The notes beneath the pieces were generated by a model. That model worked only from the letters and a program-made list of their open reading frames with translations. It was not told the origin of the DNA and searched no databases. DNA of 63,946 bases, taken from positions 496,001 to 559,946 of the forward strand of contig NW_026858094.1 of assembly GCF_026571515.1 (NCBI RefSeq), in the 5' to 3' direction. The stretch comes from Ruditapes philippinarum (lineage: Eukaryota). The position numbers and the translations under genes are program-made. Position 1 is the stretch's first letter, and each line of letters starts with the position of its first letter. Shown here one piece after another: positions 19,100 to 30,465 of the stretch.

Positions 19100-20445
19100 A
19101 CAATCATTTCAGAATAACATCTAAATAATTATGATGGCTCACAGTTTTTCATTTGGCATGTTGGTCCTTTAATAACATTATTTAAGTTATATGTGTCACA
19201 TATTTGAGTGAGGGGTTTACATTTGTCAGGTTTAAGTCATAGTTCAAGTCACCTATTGTTAAAATATGGTCATAGTTTAAGAATAATTTGTCTAAAGAAA
19301 CAGTAATATTTTCAATAAAAACATTATCTTTTGTATTTGGGGGTTTGTAAATAGCTAAAATACCCCATTTTCGTTTTGCCATACAAAGCTCAAAACACAT
19401 TGATTCTAAAGACTCACATTCAAATTCTTTCCTCCTTCTAAAAGGTAGGTTATCTCTTACATATATCAAAATCCCACCACCATGTTTGTTTCTATCTTTT
19501 CTCTCCATCTTATAACCTGGAAAATTATAAATATTATTATTGTACGAGTTATCAAGTTTAGTAGTATTAACATATCAACAAGCTTTTCTGATAAAATATC
19601 ATTTATTTCTGTAAATTTGTTCTTCTCACTATTAATATTTAGATGTGAAATAAGAGGTCTTTTTGAATTCGCTTTTCTGAGGTTTTTGAGTTCATTCAAG
19701 TGATCTACATCTGTGTTTGTTGAGGTATTCATGTCATCTTGGAACGAGTGGTTATTATGTTCTTCATCGGGGTTTTGTTCAGAGACACAAGAAAAAGTTG
19801 AGTTAAAGCTGAGATCTCCTTGCTGGAATATAAGACTGTCATTAATGTTATTCATATTAAAACAGGTAGAAGTTTCATGATTTATAGGTTGTTCAAGGTT
19901 CAATGTAGGTTCGATGTTTGTGTTCTGCTCACTTATATTTGGTTCAGTAAATCCATTTATACAATTTGTATCTTGTTTGTAAGCTGAATGTGTACATTTC
20001 TGGTTTATTGATACATCATTACATGTTTTACATAGCCATGCGTCGTCTAGGTTGCCAAGTAGTATGTACTTTGCTGGTGTCACATTCCCACATTTTATAT
20101 GAATCCAGAATTCACATGATTCACATTGCAAGGCTCGATGGTTTTTAGCCACTGGTTTTGCACAGACACCGCATGGAAATTTTGTAGGTCCTGGGTTGGT
20201 TGCGATATCACCGGCTAGAATTATTAGTAAAAGTCTATGGCATTTTTGTGGTTGTAAAGCTTGAGCCAGACGGCTCCTACGGTCTCTAGTGTGGTAGAAA
20301 ATTGACTCCAGAGGACTGATCTGTATTTCTTTTGCAAAAGTAAATTGGTTCGATTTGCATTTGTGAGGATATCTGTCTTCAGAGAATATATCACGGTTAT
20401 AGGTTGTGTGGTTTACCTGATTACTTGATTGGATTGATTGTTCAT
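19100..20445 (-). mobile_element. degenerate CR1/L2-group LINE 5' part: 2A-like motif, PHD finger, APE endonuclease
   Basis: Minus-strand translation LLLIILAGDIATNPGP-TKFPCGVCAK..LQCESCEFWIHIKC..WLCKTC (PHD). Then HLNINS, RKDRNKHGGGILIYV, IYKPP, GDLN, KGPTC (APE), with frameshifts. Left boundary is approximate. Confidence 0.85.
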
Positions 20446-21474
20446 TCGCTATGAGGCCACCCAGGTCTGGAATAGCCTCCCGAATGAACTAAGAACAGAA
20501 ACTGATTACGGTGAATTTCGGAGGCTTATCCAAACCTGGAGTGGCTTCAAATGCAAATGTTCTATGTGTGCCTAAGTGTTATGTTTTTTGTTGAGTTTTG
20601 AAATGTGAATCAAGTGAATCTGCATGCTTCTTTTGTTTCTTCTTTTGTTTTTTCTGTATTCTTGTCTGCCATAAAGAAATGCTGTATAAGGCCTGTTTTT
20701 CATGTAATTATCATGTAATGCTTTTCATGTGCTTCTTGTGTGTATATTTGTATAGTCATTTGTCAGTGCATGTTAGTGTTTGTATGTGTGGCAGCTGCTG
20801 ATCAGCTTTTCATATATCCCATTAAGGGGACAATAGCTTCTTAAAGTCTATTTTTTACCTTTTTATTTCTACTTTTATTTTATTTTGGTTCTAATTAATT
20901 AATTAATTAACTTAGACCATGAATTTATCTAGGCCAGCTCAGATCAGCAACTGTTACACAAACATTTCAAGTTTTATTATGATACTTGTACATGTTTTAG
21001 TTACACCCATATTTTCATGATTGAGTATATATCACATGCTGCTACTGATATATGCTCAAGCATCATACTGGAAAATTGGGTCAACTATATTAAAATAAAA
21101 TAAAATTGAATCATTTACTTTAATTTATTTTAAAAATTCTAATTCTATTTCTGATTTTAGGGTTGTGTACATAAATAGAATTCTTGTATGATGTAATTTT
21201 ATGTGATGTTTGATTGTAGTGTTATATTTGCTTTTAATCATTTAATGCTTTCTTACCCATATTTATATGTGCTGATAAATCTTAACTGTTTACAGAGTTT
21301 TTCATAAATGTACATTGATCTTCTTAATACTTTTATATATTTTCTTTTATACAGATTGTTTGTTTGAATTGTTAAAGGATAGTCAGTTATGTCGGAAAAT
21401 AGCTTATATAGCTAATGTTTATATGTTTTTATGAAACCGACAATAAATAAAGATTATCTTATCTTATCTTATCT
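20446..21474 (+). mobile_element. LINE 3' end: ORF2 C-terminus, ~0.9-kb 3' UTR, (ATCTT)n tail
   Basis: RYEATQVWNSLPNELRTETDYGEFRRLIQTWSGFKCKCSMCA* is typical of CR1/L2-group C-termini. Ends AATAAATAAAGATT(ATCTT)3ATCT. Confidence 0.75.
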
Positions 21475-23040
21475 AGTAAAGTTTCTTACAAATGGTCAAG
21501 TGGTTGTTGAGTTAAGATTGTATTGGACAGTGCTAATGCAATTACTATATGCCTTCCTTCCGGAGAGGAAGTGGTTAGGGTTGTTAGTTTGGAATCACTT
21601 TCCATGCTAAACATTCTTCTAAATGAATTGGCCACCAAACTTGCTAAATGAAATGCGAGTCCCATAAACAGTAAATAGAGGTACAAAGGTGGACTCTCTT
21701 CATGTAAAGCTAGAAAGCATGAACTTAGCAGTGTCCCTACCATTGTTTATAAATATGGTGATAGAGAAGGTATTTTCACATAAGGATTCAAAGTGATGAT
21801 CAGACTTGTCTGAGACATCGGGATAATTTTTGGGCAAAAAATAACGATTTTCTTGCTTTTACATATATAATGATGTTTATATCAGAAGGATGTTGGTTTG
21901 AAGACAAAACAAAGGAAGTTAAGTCATATGAAAGTAGTCGACAATCTCAGTGCATGTATTTTCTGGGCACAATAATAATTTAATACGTATAGATATTTAG
22001 TGCCTTTGCAATTGTAAAATTTCCGCAATCTGATTAAAATCAGCTCCCAAATAACGCTATAACAGCGAGCTTTTACAATTTTGAAAGCGATACGGTTTCT
22101 TATTTTAACTGCCGGAAAACCAATGCTGAGCAGGTAATTTTCACGACATAACGTTGTTCATATAGCCGACAGGTAAACTGGCAAAATAATCTTGCTCATT
22201 AAAAATTGAGTCTATTATTTCCAGTTAAATTATGTCAAATTACTTCAAACATTTTTTTTCTAACAAAATCAACTTTTTTTACTACCGCGGACAGCGAAAT
22301 TTTGATAATGCGTCTAATGCCTATCTGTAAAAACAGGCTTGATTGCATCGCTAAAAAAAGCTTTCTCGGAAAATCCGAATGATAATGAAGACAAAACATA
22401 TACGGTGGTTATCAGATATACATGTTCTGAAATTTAGTCAGTTTTAGAATTTCCACATTTTAACCGCGAATGACCATGACAACCACCATAAACTACATAA
22501 CATTTATTTCCATTATTTCTTTACCTTTTAATAGTTGAAGTTAAATCGCATCATATGATTCATATCAATTGTGAATATGGAAATGTAAAAATATAACGAT
22601 CACATTTGCATAATATTTCTAATGTGTTTTTGCCTTTTTTTTGATCTATTCAGTTTTGTCACAAGTTAGTTTGTTACGTTTTAATCAAACATTCTATTTG
22701 CTTATTAAATACATGTACATGTACTATCATGCCCTTGCATCAATGTACGCTTAAGTATCATTGATATAAAAAAAAACTTTTTATTTTTTTATTTGACCTT
22801 TTAAAATCTTTCAAATAGCTGTTAAATAAAACAATATATTCACATAGGGTATCTATCAATATTTTTTAACATCTATTTAAAAAAGATGCGCCTATGAGCA
22901 TAAATTACTGCGTTCTTATGGAAGATATCACTCGTTCACCGAGTTCATGGCCTTTACACCAGTCAACTAGAACATACGAGTTATTATCTATCTGTAGATG
23001 TTATAGTGTTATAGTACTATACACAATTTGGCATAGAAAG

Positions 23041-24445
23041 ATGATTTCGGAAACCTTAACACTGGAGAAAGTTATACAGGTAATTGTTTTTTTTTCTTAA
23101 CTCTTGAATTCTTGTATTTTCTGTTGCAAATCTGGAGAAATTCCTATATAAACATCAATTGTCTTATTAACAAGAAAATGTAAGTTGCTGCTTCATCCTC
23201 AACGGAATTTATTTATTTATTATTTATGTGGAAAAATGTATTTTTTGTTTTAACTGTAATTGATCACTTGACAAGTATATGTGTGTTGGTACATGTAATA
23301 TGTATGACAAAAAGTGTACTATTTACGGCACTACATGTCTGTCTGTCTGTCTTAATTAGATCTATATATGCAAGGCTTTCCCAAGAATGACAAGGAATTC
23401 ATTAAAATTATGAGCAAATGTAGATATTACGTTATGAGTCTTTAAGAAAATTAAGGCCGGTAATGTGAAAGTAAACGGAATAAAGAAGGCCTTAATAATG
23501 TATGTGCTAATTATTATTTTATATATTGATCTTTACTTCATTGTCTTTTTGGTGCAGTTTCAGCAGATTTATGTATATCATTTTTCAATTTTCGATATTA
23601 CAAGTAGAATTTCGAATTATATGCGCAAGATTTTTTTATTTAAACAAGTCGAGTCCTGCAAATGCACTTAAATTAGTTTACACTTGTTGATAACGTTGAA
23701 CTCTTACTAAAATATAGAGTACCATTATTTAATCCAAATATAACCCTTACACTGGGATTTATGACTTAAATGTGTACATATATTACAGGCTTTCGACAAG
23801 GTAAAGGCTGAATTCGAATTCGATAAAGGGAGATTAGCTGTTATAACCACAGATAGGTATGAAGCTACGTACAATATCATGGGTTATCATTTTACCCCTG
23901 ACGAACCTCTCAGTAAAGCATTTGGTGTGACATGGGTAAAAGACTTTGAAGATATGGTGAATGGTATACTGAAACAGAACATATCGATTTGCATGATATC
24001 TAGGGACACAGATGAAGTGATGGGGGTACGTGTAATGTCGACCATGAGGAGGACGGACCCGCCTCTTGACTTGTCCTCAATGAAATATGAATCATTACGA
24101 GATCTGTTCGAGTTTTTGCACCAAAAAGACAATGAAGTAAAGTTTTTTGATAGGTACAGTGTTGATGAGTGTGTACATTTTAATACTTTAGGTGTTCATA
24201 AAAACTTCCGTCGGATGGGACTTGGAGGTCGACTGATTGGAGCGGCTGTGGCTTTGAGCAGGGAGTTAGGTTTCAAAGCAATCACTGGTGAAGGAACCTC
24301 TAACTTCTCACAGAGGATATATGAGAAAGAAGGATTTGAAACTCTTGCTATATTACCATATGACACTTACATGTATAAAGGTCAACCAATCATAAACGCA
24401 ACTGGTGAACATAAGATGACAAAAATTTATGGTTTAAAGTTATAA
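23041..24445 (+). CDS. insect-type arylalkylamine (dopamine) N-acetyltransferase-like GNAT, copy 1, 231 aa
   Basis: Exon 23041-23079 (MISETLTLEKVIQ, CAG|GTAATT) plus exon 23789-24445, phase 0. Motifs FTPDEPL, LGVHKNFRRMGLG (acetyl-CoA motif A) and GTSNFSQRIYEKEGF. Confidence 0.88.
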
Positions 24446-24499
24446 AACATGCAATTGATTCAATGCATTAAGATTTGTATACGAGAATAAAACATATTA

Positions 24500-24902
24500 T
24501 AAGAACAAGCACAGACTTTCGGAACGAAGTCTCCTCAGAAACACCAAAACTGTACAGGGATGATCAGCACAATGTATTGTTGTGCATCTCATCAATATTT
24601 TTCGATTTAATGATTTTTCAGAGTTATAGCCCTTTAATGATTTTAATTTTTAAAATTTGTCCGTACTTATATCACTGATACAATTTCAATGAATCTTTAC
24701 ACGATTGATCGATAGCTCAAGTACTCGAGCATATTGCATTGGTTTTCCGGTTGAAGGATTTTTAGCCAAGTTATGGCCCTTGACTAAAAAAACATGTTTT
24801 GTCCTAGCTGTTGATGACTATTTGTGTCTCCTGCTACACAGTAGCTATAACATGCAATTGGCTATCATAAGGCGACTATGTGATCACTGATCGTCCTTGT
24901 TT
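24500..24902. mobile_element. HINE-like interspersed repeat 3' of AANAT (paralogous copies ~35115-35528, ~42065-42482)
   Basis: CACCAAAACT, GAGTTAT(A/G)GCCCTT and TTCAATGAA motifs with a CTTGTT end. Present in all three units, so it predates the triplication. Confidence 0.45.
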
Positions 24903-26068
24903 CTTAACAGCAAGTTATTTACAAAAATGAATTGCAAGAGATATTTAGTTATTGTTTCCAGAGTGATTTCATAATCATATTAATTAACATGAAAACTAGT
25001 CACGAATTTAAATTATTGTTGGGTTTTATTTTATTCAAAAAACGAAAATATATGATTGTATGCTGATTTTTTTAAATTAAATCTATAAATAAAATGATAA
25101 CATATATGTTTATGTGTACTTAAAGAGACAAGTGATTTCAATTTGTCAAATATATAGAGGATATTCATGTTTTTTCCTTAAATACACGATTTATTTTCAT
25201 CGAGTGGTATGGAAATATATAAAAAGTTCATTAGTGACTCATACCACAAGATAAAAATAAATCCTGTATTTATTTAAAGAACTTTAATTTTCTGTTTTGG
25301 CATAACAATTTGAAAGAAATTCTTTAAAATTGTGTGTATGGAATGTAGTCCGGCAAGAGATAAGTGAAAATACGTTTCACTACAGTGAAAAATAAAGTTT
25401 TACAGTGAAAAAAAAAAAAAAAACAAAAAAAAAAAAAAAAAAAAACGGGAAAAATAATACGCATTTTGTTTCACCAATATTTCATTTAAATTTCTAGAAT
25501 ACGTATTTGATATTTTCTGTATAGCAAAGATTAAAAAAAACAAAACAAGAGAGGAGACTCATGAGTTTTATAGCTTTCTACCCAATCCCAAAATGTACTT
25601 TGTAAATATTGTTCATTTGTTAAATGTTTTGTTGAATATGTTGAATAAATATGTTTAAACCAAAACAAAACAACAACAACAAAAATAAAAAAAAACAAAA
25701 AAAAAAAAACAAAAAAAAAACAAAAAAAACAATTACTCGTACATTGATAAAATATTTCAATATGGACAGTCTAAAACTATTTTTGATATAATACGTTTAT
25801 AAATGCGCGTGTTATCCGATCGAAAATTTTAGGTTCTTACTATTTCGTATAAAAACATACCCCAATAACCAGAAATATCATATGTCAGCCATTTCTATGT
25901 TATTGGAATTGTCACATGAAATTCACATTGAGAATCCACCTCAGAAGTTCAAAGGACATTAACCGAGATCTCAAACGCCGTTGTCAGAAATATCAACTGA
26001 TACAGGAACTACAGAATTCACAAAGAGAGCGATTATTTTTACTTATTTAAAAGTAATGACAATATATT

Positions 26069-28253
26069 CAAGATTTTATTCCAAATACATGTGGGTATTA
26101 TACCCATGAGCACACAGCATATATACAAACATACATAAAGAAACATAATATCAAGGTCATTAAACATATATAACATATATTAAACTTATTATATTTACTG
26201 TATATTTGAGTCATAAGTTTGCTTTAATATGAACAGAATAACATATTACAGTAAGGTTTAAATGAAGCACAGGTTTTGCATAATGATATCAATAAAGTAA
26301 CATTACATTTACCTTCCTAGGTACTATAATTTACAAAAATTCAACATTTGTTCTTAATTCAAACATTTTAAAGATAAACATAGATAATTTTCTTATAACA
26401 TTTTCATTTTGAGATGTTAACAATTCAATAAATTTTGGTATATTTGGGTTTTTTTTCAATAATATTTATCTATGAGCTGTTTTCTCAAAACATTGTATTG
26501 TGGACATTCTAATAATACATGAAATTCATCTTCTACAGTCTTGTAGTTTTAAGCAAATATTACATTTTCTTTCATTATAAGGAATTGCTTCAGGTTTATG
26601 CCATCTACCAGTTTCTACTTTTAATCTATACTAAGAAGTCCTGAAACGTGATAAAGATTTCCTAAATTTTTCAATATTAATCATTGACAGATATGACTTA
26701 AAACCAAAATCACAAAATAATACATAACTTCTTGCTCTTGATGAATCTCTTAAAGTTGCATACCAATTTTGTATAAATGTATCTGTTAATCTTTGTTTTA
26801 CTACTGCTAAAAATAAATTTATATCACCAACGCCCTGATTAATCCATACTTCATTGAAACCTAAAGATTGTAACAAAATCATAACAAACTTAGCCCAGGA
26901 CTTTGAATTCGGGTTAAGTTCTAAATCTCTACACATAAGATCATATACAACTTTGACATATTTTGTACTACTTCACTGAACAACTTTTAACCAGTATTTT
27001 ATAACATTAATAGCTTTCATTGTTTTTAAAGATGTCCTTCCAAGTTCACCATAGATAAAATTGTTTTGTGTTTTTCTTTTAAGTCCTAACAACTTCTTAC
27101 AATACTTTAAATGAATATTTTCTAATACATGACTATCAAGTAAACCCCATATTTGTGATCCATAGTTAAGAATTGGTAAAATAAGTTTATCAAATAAATC
27201 CAGTTTATGTTTAACTGACATACAAGGGAATCTTATCAGCTCTTTTTCAAGTTTATACAACGCCTTCAATGCTTGTCCAGAGAGTATTTCAAAAGTCATA
27301 TTAAAAGATCCACCAACAGAAAAATCAATGCCTACATATGTAAACTTTTTAACTATTTCAATTGACTGACCTTTATAATAAATATTCAAATTCTGTCTAA
27401 GTCTACCCCCTTTTTTAAAAATCAAAACCTTTGTCTTTGTACAGTTAACACTTAATTTCCACCTATCACAATATATTTCTAATAATCTTATTCCTTTTTG
27501 TAAGCCCTCCTCTGTTTCAGACATAATCACTATATCATCTGCATATAATAATAAAAATATCTTTAAAATACCTAAGTCAATACCTTCAAAACCATTTAAC
27601 ATAAAATATTCTTCTATATCATTTAAATACATAGAAAATAAAAAACGGCGAAAGGGATTCGCCTTGTCTTACTCCACAGTAACATACAAACTCTTCACTA
27701 ATAGTATTATTGTATTTTACTCTTGATCTAACATTCTCATACATGGACCTAATAATATTTAACATTTTACCTCTCACTCCAAATTGAATTAATTTATACC
27801 AAATAACATCTCTTACCAAATAATCAAAAGCTTTAGTGAAATCTACAAAAACAGCATACAGCTTTTTTATTATTATCTAATAAATGTGTTATAACACCAT
27901 GTAATATAAAAACATTATCAATAGTGCTCATGTTTTTTTCTGAAACCAGCCTGGGATTCTATATACCCATTGTATTTTTCAGCCCATATATTTAAACGTT
28001 CATTTATTACTTTTGTAAAAAGTTTCCCACAGATGCTAAGAAGGGTAATACCCCTATAATTATTAGGGTTATCTATATCCCCTTTTTTATGAATAGGTAC
28101 AATAAAACCTTCTGTACAACTTGATGGAAAGTAACCTATATCAAACATTTTATTAAACAAAGAAACTATAACCTGTAAAAACTTATCAAAATCAGATCCA
28201 AACTTAAAAAACTCATTTAGTAAATAATCAGGCCCAGCTGATTTACCAGCATT
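26069..28253 (-). mobile_element. 5'-truncated, frameshifted RTEX-like LINE (RT plus C-terminal Cys/His knuckle)
   Basis: GKSAGPD, PIHKKGD..NPNNYRGITL, QAGFR, GVRQG, LLYADD, YGELGR, VETGRW..RKCNIC..EDEFH. 3' end AATAAAATCTTG. TSD ATATATT at 26062-26068 and 28254-28260. Empty site in unit 3 near 43585. Clade assignment is by motif recognition only. Confidence 0.9.
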
Positions 28254-30465
28254 ATATATTTCTCTTTACAAATGTTTGATTAAAGCCTGTTTTCGTGAAG
28301 GCACTGGTTACAGTATGCTCAGTATTGGATCGTCCTATTCAAACTGACCATATGTATATACTCCTTTACCCCTCAATTTAATGTTTCACGTGATTTTTTA
28401 TGTTTCCCTACTTGATTTGTTGTTTTCTTTTTAGCTAACTTAGCTTGTAACGGCATATGTAACAAATCATTCACCCCTAAATTTAATGTTCCATGTGATC
28501 TTTTGGTATTTTAGCACTTGGTTGGTTGTTTTCTCCTGCTCAATTTGCTTGTAAAAGCATAATTGGAGAAGTGTTTGCGTAAATAGGACTTATAAGTAGT
28601 TCTTAGTAAAGCTACACATAGGCGTTTTACACATTCAACAAAAAAGATTTATTGCAGTTCCATCATGTAGTGATAGAACATGAGAAAATTTTATAAATGG
28701 ATAATCTTATATCAATTAATTGAAAATTACTTGTAAAGTTTTTAGAATCTGGAATGTCAAGAAGTATCAATTAAGCTGCACGGTAGGAAAATTTTATAGC
28801 TGCATACATATACTACATAAGCTCATATATATTATTAGTATAAGTTACACATGTTGCTGAAGACCAATGTCTTATTTATGTCAGGAAGACTATACTCTAC
28901 CGGATATCCCGTCAGCTTCTTATATAACGGATTCATAATAATGCAAATAGTTACTGATGACAAGTTCATAAGAATACAGAAGCTCGGTAAAAGCGGCTAC
29001 GCTAAACATATGTGCAATAACAAATTATTTCCGATATAAACTAATCATTGCAGTGAAAAGTTTAATTATTCTTTCAAGTAATTACATTTGAATAGAAAAC
29101 TATACCATTAAGAACAAAATGAAATACAAATGTTATGCTCACAAAAAGTTAACCGTTTACGATGTAGAAATGCATTGTTATTTGTGCATCGGTTCTTCAC
29201 GGTAAAAACGGCACTGTAAGACAACAATCATTTGAAAACTTTTGAATATATTCAACATTAAGTAGAGAGTGAGACTTGCATGTTCTAAAGATAAAAGTAG
29301 AAACGGTAATAATTTTTTTTCGGCATCCTTGTCAGAGTGGTTAAGTTCACTGATTTGAACTACTTAATTGTCCCTAACGGAGTGCAAGGTTCTTTATCTG
29401 ATGATCGATGGTTCTATGTAAGTGCTTATCCCTAAATGGAATCATGCATGAAGGGGCACATTTCTCCACCAATAAAGTTGGAAAATAACCATAAGACCTG
29501 AATTTCAACCTCCAGAATAAAAACTACTAGTAATATTTAATAAGTATGACGTAAAGCAAAGGTATATATTATTAGTTATCAAAACCGTCTCATTAAAAAT
29601 TTTACTTACTACTAGTATCTAACTTAAATTTTACTTACTTTTTATATGCATTTAGCTGTAACTGCCTATAAGCAATCTGATAAAAATATCAAATACGCAT
29701 TTTTTCCCCAACTGCTACCTTTTAAGACTAAAACAACGAACGACTGCTGGTGGTTTACATTTATTCTTAACCGACACCTGCCAAACTGCATATTTTGTAT
29801 AATATAATTTGTAAATATCTTTGTGCTATCGCCAATCAATCCTATTAACCACATGATAAGACATAAACAAAAAAAACAAAAAAAAAACAACAACAACAAA
29901 AAAAACCAACAACAAAAACGAAGAGAATTATATAATTGCCACTAAATTTCTAAACTATTTTTTGATCCCAAACTCAGAATCTCTCCATTAGAAAATACTT
30001 CACGTGAAATATCTAAGCTTATAATGCCTTGCACCTTCAAAGATTTTTAAAGATCGCACTTTTTATATTCTATTGTTCAGCTTCTATGACAAGAAAAGAA
30101 CCACTAGCTCCAAGAAGATCCTGCTGTTCGTTAGTTGAAAGAAGCATGAAACTTTTACACTTTTAAACCATGAATACATCTACATTGTTACTTTGAAGGA
30201 AGCATTATTATAACCAGTTTTAGTCATGGACTTAAATGCCCTTACAGCTGTTTTTCTACTAGTTACTGTCCAAATATTAAAAAGGGTATAAAATCACTTT
30301 AACCTTTTTGGTTCGCGCCAAAGTTTCAAATTGGCCAGTATACAGACGACCCAAAGGTGTTGAAGAACAACATTTAAGACATATTGTTGCAGAAAATCCA
30401 ACATAAACACGGAAATCAAAACTTTCATGACCTCATGTACTATCTACTGAGTTAATTAGTGATGA

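Noticed and set aside
21486-21743. 85-aa minus-strand ORF in a GC-richer patch
   Set aside because: No recognisable motif or exon partners. Probably a decayed repeat.
22894-23040. In-frame upstream ATG extending AANAT copies 1 and 3 by ~50 aa
   Set aside because: The extension has an early stop in copy 2 and shifts frame internally between copies 1 and 3. More likely UTR or intron, though not excluded.
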